Shown piece by piece: positions 41,798 through 55,592 of a stretch of 64,000 bases of DNA; the stretch's first letter is position 1, and each line of letters starts with the position of its first letter. This DNA comes from the human T2T-CHM13v2.0 reference genome, Homo sapiens. The position numbers and the translations under genes were made by a program. A model generated the notes under the pieces. It worked only from the letters and a program-made list of their open reading frames with translations. It made no database searches and was not told the origin of the DNA. The stretch is taken from the NCBI RefSeq assembly GCF_009914755.1, contig NC_060935.1; one strand, 5' to 3'.

Positions 41798-42064
41798 ATA
41801 CAAACCAATAGGAGGATATGTGTATATATACATATATATACATGTTTTATATATGTATATATGTACATTTCATAAACATATATACCTATATATGTATATC
41901 TACATATATAGGTATATATGTAGATTTTATAAACATATATGTATATATACACATATATATGCATACATATATATGTATATATACATATATATGTATACAT
42001 ATACATATATATGTATATATACATACATATATACATATATATATATCCTCCTATTGGGTTGTAT
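41798..42064. repeat. (TA)/(CATA) microsatellite bounded by 22-bp inverted repeats
   Basis: atacaaaccaataggaggatat (41798-41819) vs reverse complement of 42043-42064: 21/22 identical. Confidence 0.92.
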
Positions 42065-44070
42065 ATATTTTATATATATCTAAACTTATATTGAAAAAGT
42101 CAAAATATGTTATAACCAACATACTAAAATACAAGTAATGTTAGAAGATCAAAGGAAAGAATGCTAGATAATAATGAATTTGTGGAAATAACAAGTAGTA
42201 AACATAGCAGAATATGCAGAAGTAATATAAAGCCACTATTTTCCTCTTTTTCCTTTTATCTTTCCATTCTACAAAGTTCTTCTATAAACTGTGACACTTG
42301 TAGCAAAATACCTCTGATCTCTTCATTTTCCTCAGCACCATATAATTTAACATCCACTGCTGATAATAACAGTCATGAATCAGCACACTCAAAGAGAAGT
42401 AGAGGCAAGTTTAAAAAAAATCAACTGTTTCACTTTCCTCTTAGAAAGTGCAAACTGCCCTTCAAAATTCAAGACTTAAGTTAAAAGTCACCTCCTCTAC
42501 GCAGCCTCTCTGACTTCTTGAACAAAGCCTTCTGTATGCTTCCTTGTACACTGTCCCTCACATTATTGTTACAACAGCCATGCATTGTAATCTTAACAGG
42601 CTGGTAGCCCTTCAGCAGCAGAAACTGATTATATTAATCTTGGCATCCCCAGGATCTAGCACAATGTTTTACGTATAACCAGAAATCAACAAACATTTGT
42701 TGAATGAACAAATAAATAAATTTCAACCTCTTCGACTTAAAAAAATATTTATTGTATTGGCTCATAAGCTAGTGCTAAATGATACGCCTCCTCAACCTCA
42801 TAATTGTTTCACATTTGCTAATTATATTCCTAAAAGAATACTGTAAACTCCTCAGGTATGACCCACAATCTATGTTTCTTTGTTTCTGTCACCACCTCAA
42901 CACTAATCCCAGTGGGGACAAGTACAATAGCAGAGAATGTTCATTAAGTACTTTCTGACTGACTTATCTTTAGAAAGTAATTTTCTGACAATGAAGCTAG
43001 GGCTTCATTTGTAGGTAGAATGTATTTTATGTGTATGGACTGGGATTTTCTATTGTTGAAAATAAAAAGCTATATTAATGGTGACTTTCATTTACACCAT
43101 TAATTAAATTCCTTTCCACCTCCTGTCAAAAAGCCCTGTCATGCATATACTGTACTTCCAAGTTGACTGGTAAAGAAATTCATCTGATGAATCACATAAT
43201 AGTGTCTGTAAAATAATAATAAAGGACACCTGTGTTAGTAATAACACACATAGGTAGACCAAACTCTGCCTTCTTTTCATTGTCAGTTTACTGGCACTTG
43301 GCAAGTAGCTAATGTTTTGGAATATTATGCATTAGTATCTAATCCAGAAGATTTAACAAAAGATATAAGTCAAGCAAGAAAAATGAAAACACTGAAGACA
43401 AGAGAATTCCCAAAGCCAAGGGGGAACTGCAATAGCCATGAAAGGAAGGGGGGAGGGGTGATAAATAAATACTAAGAATGAAAAAAAAAATAAGCTTTGA
43501 GTTAGAAAGAACATGCACTTATTTTTTTATCCAGTAAATATTTACTGAACATCTACTATGTGTTCATACACTACACCGTATGCTAGGGACTTTTAAGGAG
43601 CTCACAATTAGTAAGAGGAAGGCAAAGAAGTAAACAACCACAATACAGTATGAGAAATACCACTAAAATGGTACTTGGTAACAGCACAGGCTGCTATAGG
43701 AACAAAAAAGGACATACGCTTCTGTTGCTTGAGGGTCAGGGAACAATTTCCAGTGGTGGGAATATAAGCTGAGAGATAAAAGAACTGGCTTCCTAAAGGA
43801 GATCATATGAGGAAAAAGAAAGGGGGATAAGCATGTGAAGAAAAATCTTGGTTTGTTCACGGGCCTGAGAGAAGTTTGTAGAAACAGCAGTAGGTTTATA
43901 GTTGCTAGATTGGTATGGCTAGATTCAGATCCAACCTCTGCCTCCAGCTACGTAACTTCTGACATTACCGACCCTTTCTGAATCTTGATTTCCTATCATT
44001 TGAATACTTTATATTCATACTACTGGCATAGTAACTGTCACCTAGAGGAGGCTTAAGGGATATTAGTTCC

Positions 44071-44190
44071 AAATGGTATTGCCTAAGTTTTCTTCTAGGG
44101 TTTTTATGGCTTTAGGCTAAAACACCAAAAGCAATGGCAATAAAAGCCAAAATTGACAAATAGGATCTAATTAAACTAAAGAGCTTCTAC

Positions 44191-44235
<45 letters not shown>

Positions 44236-45561
44236 ATCAGAGGGAACAGGCAACCTACAGAATGGGAGAAAATTCTGCAATCAATCCATCTGACAAAGGG
44301 CTAATATCCAGAATCTATAAGGAACAAAAACAAATTTACAAGAAAAAATAAACAACTCCATCAAAAAGTGGGCAAAGAATATGAACAGACACTTCTCAAA
44401 AGAAGACATTTATGAGAACAACAAACATATGAAGAAAAGCTCATCATCGAGTTCATGTCCTTTGTAGGGACATGGATGAAATTGGAAATCATCATTCTCA
44501 GTAAACTATCGCAAGAACAAAAAACCAAACACCGCATATTCTCACTCACAGGTGGGAATTGAACAATGAGAACACATGGACACAGGAAGGGGAACATCAC
44601 ACTCTGGGGACTGTTGTGGGGTGGGGGGAGGGGGGAGGGATAGCACTGGGAGATATACCTAATGCTAGATGACGAGTTAGTGCGTGCAGCGCACCAGCAT
44701 GGCACATGTATACACATGTAACTAACCTGCACATTGTGCACATGTACCCTAAAACTTAAAGTATAATAATAATAAATAAAAAATAAAAAATAAAAAGAAA
44801 AGCTCATTATCACTGGTCATTAGAGAAATGCAAACCAAAACCACAATGAGATACCACCTCATGCCAGTTAGAATGGTGATCATTATAAAGTCAGGAAACA
44901 ACAGATGCTGGAGAGGATGTGGAGAAATAGGAATGCTTTTACACTGTTGGTGGGAGTGTAAATTAGTTCAACCGTTGTGGAAGACAGTGTGGCGATTCGT
45001 CAAGGATCTAGAACCAGAAATACCATTTGACCCAGCAATCCCATTACTGGGTATATACCCAAAGGATTATAAATCATTCTACAATAAAGACACATGCACA
45101 CGTATGTTTATTGCAGCACTATTCACAATAGCAAAGACTTGAAACCAACCCAAATGACCATCAATGATAGACTGGATAAAGAAAATGTGGCACATAGACA
45201 CCATAGAATAGCATGCAGTCATAAAAAAGAAGAATTCATGTCCTTTGCAGGGACCTGGATGAAGCTGGAAACCATCATTTTCAGCAAACTAACACAGGAA
45301 CAGAAAACCAAACGTCGCATGTTCTCACTCATAAATAGGAGCTGAAAAATGAGAACACATGGACACAGGGAGGGGGACATCACACACCAGGTCCTGTCGG
45401 GGGGGGGGGGGTGGGGGACTAGGGGAGGAATAGCATTAGGAGAAATACCTAATGTACGTGACGGGTTGACAGGTGCAGCAAACCACCATGGCACATGTAT
45501 ACCTAGGTACAAATCTGCACGATCTGCACATCTATCCCAGAACTTAAAGTATAATCTTAAA
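44071..45561 (+). mobile_element. L1PA7-like 3' fragment with 46-bp 5' inversion (44071-44116) and 16-bp TSD
   Basis: TSD aagggatattagttcc (44055-44070) / aagagatattagttcc (45562-45577); ORF2 C-terminal ORF 44828-45142. Confidence 0.95.
44449..44794 (+). mobile_element. Nested young L1 3' end (L1PA2-type)
   Basis: gctagatgacGAGttagtg and gcagcgcacc diagnostics; 17-bp TSD aagaaaagctcat(c/t)atc at 44432-44448 and 44795-44811. Confidence 0.93.
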
Positions 45562-46369
45562 AAGAGATATTAGTTCCGTCCTGCTTCTCTCCCACCAACT
45601 CTGCTTGCTATCCTTGTCTTCCCTAAGGAATTTATTAGCCAGTTCATGTGAACTCAGGATTCACCTGACCAATGAAATAGCTGTACGTATTTAATGTAGA
45701 TCCTTTTATCACAATTTAAAGCTGACCTTTAATTGTCCAGGCCCAGCTGTTTATGCGGCTGCAAAAGTTCACAATTCCAGTTTTAAAAGCCTGCAGTCTA
45801 ATGGATTGTCCAGTTTCATTCTTCTAATAGCTTCTGACCCAGTGCCAGCTCTTGCCATTTAGATCTTTACTATGGCTGTCCTTTCCATCTTAAATTCCCT
45901 ATTTGAGGAAGTTTGACAATTTTCCTGGATAAACCTCTGTATTATCTTCTTTTCCTTCATAATGTTTTCTCAGTTAAGTGAGTGTCTCAGATGCGCTTTT
46001 CCTTATCCTGTGACATATATTAATTTGTTGTAGAAAATGGAAACCATCTATATTGATAACATTGTGAAATTAATTTTATTTCTTATTATTTAATCCATCC
46101 CTTCCTTTACTCTCTCATTACACCAACACACATATTGAACAAACACCATACTTGCTTAAAATACACATAAAGAAATCTGGCACTATTTCTTTGCAAAGAA
46201 CAAGGCAACATCCTAGCACCAAATGGGCTTCCATGGAAGAAAAAGGCAAGGAAGGAGCTTAGACTCTGATGAAGAGATAAAATGGAAAGATAAATACAGT
46301 TAATAAAATAAAAGAAATGATGACTGTGGTAAAAGAAATAAAGCAAAAACTCTGGAAGTTCAAATAAAA

Positions 46370-46580
46370 GAGCATGGGATTTGCAGTGCACTGAGGATCT
46401 AGGAATAAAGCCCAGCTGGGTTGTTTTCTGCAGCCTCGGACCAGTTGCTTAACCTCTCTGAGTTACTTCATATTTAAAATGGATACAGCTCCATGTCTGT
46501 ATGGTTTGAGTTTTTAAAAAAATACTGCTGGTAAGGATTCAGTGAAATAAAATACATGGGATTTCTTTATAAACTGTGAA
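46370..46580 (+). mobile_element. MIR SINE
   Basis: agttgcttaacctctctgag...tttaaaatgg. Confidence 0.65.
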
Positions 46581-48867
46581 GTTTCAGGTAATTTTAATGA
46601 AATAGGCTACTACCTGGGAAGAGATACTTTATTCAAGACAGTGGAGAGGAATATATTGGACAGGTTACATACTTCTACACAACCTTATTAAAGACTGGTG
46701 GACATGGGTTGCAGCTCAATTCTCTGACTACATGTTTGGTTTTATGTACACAGTACGTTAAAAAGAGAATTTGGAAACCTTTAGAAGGGATGTGTGCTTC
46801 TCAGTTGATTTAGTCCCCACCTATTTCCCTTCTGACCAGGCAAGAATTTATTAATGTTCTCAGATACTTGCAAAGAAGCCTTAGATCTACCATATATGTC
46901 CATCTAGGAAAAAGTAAACTCTGTCCTCAGTCTGAGGACATGCAGAACCTATACATACACTTCTATGGATTAGCCTGGATCAATTTCCTCATTCTTCCTG
47001 TTAATGTTCTTCTTTGGCCACACATAGTTTTACTGTTTTCTTTGTTGGATTCTACATCAAATATATATTTCTCTTTTCTTTACTATCTCCTTCCCTCTAC
47101 CCTCTCAGCCTCCATTGCCACCATATTTGCACCCACTGTATTCTTTATAAGCTTCAGAAATCCAGTAACTTTAAATAAGGAACTATGGGTTTTTCTGAAC
47201 AATGTTCGATCCACTTCAAGTCTACAAACATATGTATAATATTCAGGGCTAGATTCTGGGATGTAAACAAGTAATTACAGAGCAACATGGCAGTGTAACA
47301 ATAGAGATTCAACTAATTGTTATGGATAGATGAAAAAGGGAGCCATTTATACTACCCGGGAAGGTCGGGAAAGCTTTACGGAGGAAGAGACAATATTTCG
47401 GGCAGCCCATGAATAGTGAGAAAATTTTCTCTAAATGAGAAAAGAAAGGACAGTATTTTTAGGTAGAAGAGATGGCTTAAGCAAAGGCATGGAGATATGA
47501 AAATTCATAGGTGTTGGGGAGTGAATTATTTATAATTCTTGGTACACAGGAGTAATATACCAAGACAGAGTAATACACTACATTAGGCATATACAAAGAA
47601 AAATCTGACTAAAGATCTTTAAAAAGGGCTTGACAGTGGCCAGAGGTACCCTGCTTAGGATTCTATTCATAACAAATATATAAAAGGTTACTCTCTATTA
47701 CGAAGCAACATCATATAACATAAAATTGTCCAGCCCAAACAGAGATGATGGCCAGGGTAGGACCACTCCTGACTCTTGCTGTATCCGTGGAACACACTGC
47801 TAATCAATCAAAACATTTGTCTTACTAAGGCTGGATATGGCCTCAGAATCCTCCCCAGTAGAGATTTATATAAGGCCTATAACTACTGAAATGAAACATA
47901 TTTCCAACACTGTTGTAGGTTATGCATTGAGAGTGAGGAATGACCCTAAAAGATATATTGATAAGCCAGTAGAAATTATTTCATTATACCTCACATTTAC
48001 ACATGCAGAGCCCAGGAATGCATTTCTGCTATATTTATCTTGGACTATGTCCATCAGTGACTCAGAATGGCCCTATGCTTTGGGTCAGAGAGTTTGGACA
48101 CTAAATTTATGAGAGAAAATGACAAGCTTCAATCACACCAAATTCTAAATGTAGCCAAAAACCACATAATTAACTGCAGATTTTTCAAAGGTAACAGTTA
48201 TTGATTTTAAATTAATTTTAAGTTAGCCCACACTGCTTAACAAAAGTATCCTAACACAACAAATAGCATAGACAGGCTGCATAGAACAAAGCCCCGAAAA
48301 CAATCTTCAATGCTCTTATATGTGAATTAGCCATCAAAGCTGAAAATGTTTGGAAAAAAATCCACTTTCACAAGTTGATTAAATTATTTCCTTCATAAGC
48401 ATAAACAGTTTAGAGAAGAAAAACCCAAGACTGATTGCTCAGAATCTCCAGGGTAAAAGAAACAAACACATTTTTAAAATCTTCAGCCTCACAAGGTATC
48501 CTTTGCCAACCCCCTAAGGAGCAACCTTAGAATCTGCTACAGGCTGCAGCAGCTGCCTGCCCACTTTCTCAGCAGCAAGAAATATGCTAAGCAGTGATTA
48601 TCAACAGGGAAGAGGATCAAAAGGTTGAGGGAATGATTAAGCAAGATACCATTTCTTCTAAAAACCAGTTTCCTATAGAGGTTGTAAATGATAGAAGCCA
48701 GGGTAATCTCAAATTTCAATCAATTACATGTGAAACACATCTATTCTGTGCTCCTTCTGTGGGAGCTCCCACTAGTGTAGTCTTCTGACAACAGGAGCAG
48801 CATCAAAGCCAAGGTGATTTGCTGCTGGAGCCTGATCAAGTATGTGTCTGTCCCTTCCAAACCATTA

Positions 48868-48900
48868 AAAACAACAACAACAACAACCACAAAAACCACA
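48868..48900. repeat. (AAC)n microsatellite, degenerate
   Basis: Directly visible. Confidence 0.85.
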
Positions 48901-50374
48901 ACCCACAAACCCATGTGAGGAGACCAAAGCCAAAGCCAGAGCCAGATTCTCAGTCTTCCTTGCAAAAAGCTTGTAGTAAGATTTCACTTGGAAGTTATCA
49001 TTGGTACAAGCAATGTTACACTGAGGGAAGGCAATGACTTGCAGAAAAGAATCAGAGTGCGAGGAGGTGTGAGATGTAGAATGGAAATCCCTCTCAATCT
49101 GCAGATGCTAGGTAGAGTCTTGTCTTGCTACTTACTGGCTATTTGAGCCTGGCTATTTGAGCCTGGAATCACTGCTAACTTCACTGAACTACACTGTTCT
49201 CATTGGGGTGAATGAAATCCATTTCTTGCTCTATTTACAGGATAGTTATGAAGAAATAGAAGGGAGGGAAGATTATAATAACTGAAGACACAACTTATCT
49301 CATATTGTCTCATTTAATCTTTATTATAATCCTATGCGGTAGTTATACCATTTTTTTGAAAAAAGTGAAGAAACTTAAAAAGTGAAGAATCCAGAGAGGC
49401 TGTGAAATGTCTAAAGTGATAGCTGATAAGTGGCACGAGAAGAGTTCAAGTCTTGACTCAAAAGTTAATATTCTTTTCTCTGTGTTATATCTGTCTTTTT
49501 AGACTGTAACATTTTTAAAGGCAGGGGCCATAGTTGTATTTTTCTTGTATCCCTTGCACACATTCATTACATAGTAGGTAAGCAGTAAAGATTTTATGAA
49601 TAATAAATAATGTCTTTAAGTATATAAACTGGTTCAGCTCAGTTTAGCTAAATAAACATTGAGTATATTTTATTGTCAGACACCTTGTTTCTAACTGGGA
49701 GCTAGGGATTCAAAGATAAATAACAGTCATTTCCGGCCCTCAAGGGAGTCACAGTAGAGTGAGAGACACATACAGAAACAAAATCAACCTTCCACAGGTT
49801 TTAGTTTTATCTTCTGAGGTTTCAGAGAATTCATGAACTCCTATTTGAACACGTGCTGGAAGTGTCTGAAGTTACCTCTCTGCTAGCCATTGGCCTCACT
49901 CAGAGTGGGAGTATGGACTCCTTTAGCTTGTTGCAGAGAATGAGCCATGGTGAACAGAGACAGTTGTTTTCGGTTCCCACTTTGGAATTTCCAGGTAAGT
50001 AATCTTTGAGTCTCAAGGTTCAAGTTTTGGAAGGTATGAGGACCCAAATACTCACCATGCTTCTAAAGCTAGCTTTTCTGTCTCTAGTTAGCCTTTGTTT
50101 TTTAAGGCTAAACATCAGCAGCATTATTAGAACAAAGAAGAGATTTGAACAAAGTAAAAACTTACAGAGGATTCAAAATGCAGGGAATTAGAAAACACTG
50201 CCAAGCACAGAGTAATAATAATACGGCCACTTAGTAGAAAGAAACATAGGTGTCTCTAGGACTAACATGGGCATCAAGGAGACTCTTATGCTGACAAATC
50301 CTGAGAATGTAAACACATCAAGGGTACCAGAGTAAACACAAAATTGTCAGGACCTTGTTTCATAATAATTATGG

Positions 50375-50766
<392 letters not shown>

Positions 50767-53739
50767 GGAAGCATGTAACTATCATGGCCATTGAAGGTTT
50801 ATTTTATTAGGTCTCTTCCTGACCTAGACAGAGTATCCAATAAGGCTATCAAGTCTCCTCTTGTTCAAATTCGAGGCTTGCCAAGAAATTTGCAGTAGTA
50901 AATAAGTAAATAAGCCTTTTTAAACATATGCATTTTCTTAAACACATGCCCTTTGATCTATTCAGTCAGCAAGGTCATTCTGCATTCATTGCTTCAAGTA
51001 AGAGATAGTTCCAAAACAAACAAACTGGGATTCAATTTTTGGCTTTTGAGTTTTAAAAGTCTATTTCGTAACCAGAGAAACAGAAATAACTCCCTGTAGA
51101 TTTGGGGGAATATGGGATGAGAAATGACAACTTTTCCCACCTCTGTAAAAATCTCCTAGGCTAGGAGGCAGTTGACTTTTGAAAGGAAATAGGAGTGTGT
51201 AGATGTTGTAAACATCTGACGAGGCAGGAACTTCTCAGTCTCAGCACAATGATGAGTCGGGCAGACACAGACCCCCGACATAGACTCGTAGGATTCATTC
51301 ACAGAAGAGATCTGTAGCTCAGCGAGGTTGCCAATATCTCAGACAAAACAAATGACTACAAAGGTCATTTACTAGGAAAACTTGATAACAAAGTAAAATT
51401 TACTAGCAAAATTTATCAGCAAGGTGCTGGGCATATAGTACAAGCAAATAATTATTGAATAACTGGATAAAGTCATATCTGACTATACTATGAGTTTTCA
51501 AATTCTACAGCTGGAGACCAGGCTTTGACAAGAGTGACTAAACTATGTCAAGCTAGCATATTGTTAATACCCCCTAAAGGATGTGATATGAAAAATTTTA
51601 CATATCTCTAACAAATGTTATCAATTAAGAACAGGACAGAGTAAAATGTACATTTAGGTTCCTACTTGCCTATTTGTTACAGCTGCTGTAATATCACTAT
51701 TTCTCTGCATCTGGCTTATTTCTAATCTGTCCACAATGCACATCATACGGAATTGAACATACAAGTCACTGATACTGTTCTTATTTCTTTTCTGGGCTTT
51801 ATAGGCTGGAAATAGTCATTACGTGGTAGCTACTGAGTGATCTGTGGTGCCATGGACCTTCCTATTTAGTAAGAGGCTTGCTTGAATTTTAGAATATCAG
51901 ATGCAACAGGCGGTACCTAATGGATAGCTGGATTCAATGGCTGAGCCTTTTACTGCCTTCACATGTCACGGGCAAGATGACAAGGATGAGTTAAGATAGT
52001 TCTGTTTCATGCCATTTTTTAAATTAGTGTGGCTCTGTCAATCTCTGAAAGGTTGAACCTTATATATAATCAAAGTGAACAAAAAGCTTCTTCCTCTTCA
52101 ATTTGAACTAACTCAGCTATGGAATCTACAAATATTACATATTTTATGCATCTGATGGACAACCTAAGCATGTAGAGAAGATGCTATATAAATCAAAAGA
52201 TATATTAAAGGCTCCTGACAAAATTGCCACTAAGAGAAACCCTACAATAAATCATTTTGTATAACGATTTTCTCCATTTGTCTCTTCTAGACTATACTCT
52301 CTGAGGAAAGGGGCTGTCTCTTCTCAACTCCTGAACTTCAGAGCCCAGTACCATGCCTGGGTTGGTAGAGGACGAATAGGCAGTGGTTGGTAATAAACCT
52401 AAATAACCAACAACTAACTTATGCAATTTGTGAATTTAAATTAGGTATTTCAGGGTTTTCCTAAACTAGAATACTTAAGAGTATTTTGGAATATTCCCTT
52501 CCGTTTGGCAGAAAATATGTTTTTGGAAAAATGCCAGTGGAGATGTACATGTGTCAGCACAAAGATGGAAGGACTCAATTCCACTGGCTTCCTGGTTTAT
52601 TGCATGGGTTTTTGAAAACATAAAAGGATAACCCATGAAGCTGAGAAATACACTAAATAGAGCAGGTTTTGATGAAAATATATTAAGTTCAATGTTGTAC
52701 ATGCAAAGTATGGAGTACATATATGCCATCAAGGTGGACATATAGATTTGTGTGTCATTAGCATCATTTTATGCATAATATGAGTGAATTACATCACCCA
52801 AAGAGAATAGATAAAGTGTATCCAGCCCCGGGAAGAGCGATGTTTTAGCAGTAAGTGGAAAAAGAGGAGCCTGTGAACCAGGATGAGAACAATTAGAGAT
52901 GTCAGAGGTTAAATTGAAAAACACTCTTCCTCTCATTTTCTTTCCAGCAAGATCCTGTTATTCTTCAAGCTTAACAAGTGACCTAGAGGAAGAAAAGACT
53001 AAGATATTCCAACTGGTTTTTTGAAAAGGCCTGTTATGGTTCCTTTCCTCCCCGATTAATAGGATTATGAGAGAATGACATAAGAATGCTTTTTTCTTAA
53101 GAGAAAAATGCCTATTTTAATATTATTCCTATTGATCACTTCTGAATCACTCTCCAAGTAACTCGCAATAGCTGTTGACAATGAAGAAGTGAAATGCCAT
53201 ACAGATAGATGGGCATATGTGTGTCTTCCTGCCTATTTACATATATTCATCACCGTGTACATAATACACACATTTATATATTTACATATACACATACCTT
53301 CCCACTTAGTAACATGAACTCTTTTGACCCTTCCTATTTGTAGTGTGACAGAATATAAATGTGATCAAGTTCAGACTATTAATATCATCCTCTTCTTTCA
53401 GGGGAAGACATGCCCATGACAGAAGAGATTATTACAGTTTTTGGACCTGAATTTACAACAAAAACCAAACAAACAAAAACGAAGTGAACTAACATTTATT
53501 CAGAATCTATTATGTAAAAGAACTGTTCTAGGTTCATTATATTTATTATTTCATTTAACCATCCTTTTACAAAATGCACTGGCATTGTATGTATCATGAT
53601 TGCAGCTAACAAATAGGAAACAGCCTTCGGAGGATAATGGCTGGGACATGTTCTGTTTCAGATATGCCTCTTCACACTTTTCTCTGCCTTCAACTACTCA
53701 ATTTATGGGCATAATCACTCCAAACTTAAAGACAGGCCA

Positions 53740-53911
53740 TAGATTTCCAACACCACTGGTGCGTATGAGAATTTACAGTGGAACTTCTGAAAGCTACTCA
53801 GACCCTTTTCCAGGCTTCCTGCATAAGGATCTCAGATAGCTCCCTAGAATCTTATTTTTCTAAAGAACCACAAGTGATTCTGATGCTGAGTCAGTATCGG
53901 AAATCACTGGC
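53740..53911. mobile_element. MER5B-like hAT DNA transposon
   Basis: ccacaagtgattctgatgc...ggaaatcactgg terminus. Confidence 0.65.
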
Positions 53912-54293
53912 TGTGGTGTTCTCAGGACTTCCAGAAAGCATATGACAGTGTGGTTTGGAAAGCCATTAAAACTATAGTGGCTTAACAACCTTCACAACCT
54001 ATTACCCAGATTCTGGAAGTTTGGGGACCACTATTTGTAACATAGGCTTTTTGTTTGTGTGCTTGAACCTTGAGGAAAGCTATAGTGAAGCTTGAGGAAA
54101 CCATAAGATTGTTGCTAAATAACCAAAGGGATGAAGAAGACTCTTAAGTAGACATTAAAAGCATATGATTTTTTAATCTGCAAAAAAGCAAGCTGAAAAG
54201 AAATATAATTGGGTATAAACATTACTGGTGGGATAGAGAACTGAATTAGATTCATATGCTCTGAATCTAGTATATAACTACATCATTTCATTG

Positions 54294-54556
54294 TTTATTT
54301 ATTTATTTATTTATTTATTTAATGAGACAGAGTCTCCTCTATCGCCCAGCCTGGAGTGCAGTACCACGATCCTGGCTCACTGCAACTTCCGCCTTGTGGG
54401 TTCAAGCGAGCATGTGCGGCTAATCTTTGTATTTTTAGTAGAGACGGGGTTTCACCATGTTGGCCAGGCTGCTCTCAAACTCCTGACCTCAGGTGATCCG
54501 CCTACCTCTGCCTCCAGCAGTGCTGGGATTTCAAGCGTGAGCCACCATGCCTGGCC
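54294..54556 (-). mobile_element. AluS with (TTTA)n tail and an internal deletion in the right monomer
   Basis: ggttcaagcga joins directly to gcatgtgcggctaat. Confidence 0.93.
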
Positions 54557-55592
54557 TGATTAAGATTTAAGTTAATCTAATTAACTCAGTTAATGCAGTA
54601 TTTTAAATGTTCACTAACAAGTTTATATCCTATCTAATTCCTCTGAAGGTACATTTACTTTTCTTTACCAGTACTCGTGAATACATGGCTATGAATCTGT
54701 ACTGATCAGGTATTGGAGTGCACTTTATGCTGGGAAATAATGCTACTGACTCATCATTAGTAAGGGCATGTGTTCAGATTTGCTTTCTCAGGAATGGAAG
54801 TAGATTCCTATTGTTTCATCTTTACTCTTTCAAGCAGTCTTATTATTGTGCTCCTCAGTCAATCTTGAAAACTAACTAGCCAATTAATTAGTAGAGGAAT
54901 ATAAAACAGGCTTGCAAAGGGATTCATTCCCTTATAAAACATCATTAAAACACCAGCCATGTGTCTGACAGTGTAATAGGCAGCATCAGTACTAAGAAAA
55001 ATGAAACAGAGTCCTTGCCCTTGAGGATCTTAAGGGTAGTTTGGGAGATAGTCATGTAGCTAGATCAATACAACACTGTGGAATGCTATAATAGAGTTGT
55101 ACACACAATGCCCTCGTAGCAAAGTGTAAGTATTGCCCAGTTTTATTAAGGAAGTCATCAATAATTTCACAAAAGAGATAACATTTAGGTTGTATCTTGA
55201 AAGTTGAGTTGGATGTGCTTAGTTACCTCTAATCTTTGTTGCTTTTTAGTCAGCTATAATGTGCCCGAATTTCACATGTAAGCAAGGAAAACCATAGTCT
55301 CACATTTTTAAACAGTCTTACTCTCTTTACAGTTTCACAAGGTAATTTCTATTAGATCAGAGATTGTAATTTAAGTTAACAAATTATGCTTCACATTTGA
55401 GCAATGATGGAAACTTAATTAAAGACACTAACTATAAGCAACTGCGATACATACATGGCTTTTTATGTGGGAAAAATCAAGACCTTAAGTGAGGCACCAA
55501 AGAGAAAAAGACATGCTACAAATTTTTGTTTCTGGACTCAAATCCTACCTGATTAGCATTTTTAGAAATACGGAATTGTTACATCTATTTCA

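Noticed and set aside
49135-49166. 14-bp tandem duplication (ctggctatttgagc x2)
   Set aside because: Ordinary slippage duplication inside a MIR
51248-51340. Box C/D snoRNA
   Set aside because: ATGATGA is present but there is no CTGA box D or terminal stem at the expected distance
53884-53893. ARE/NF-E2 motif TGCTGAGTCA in MER5B
   Set aside because: Single motif with a non-consensus flank and no supporting context
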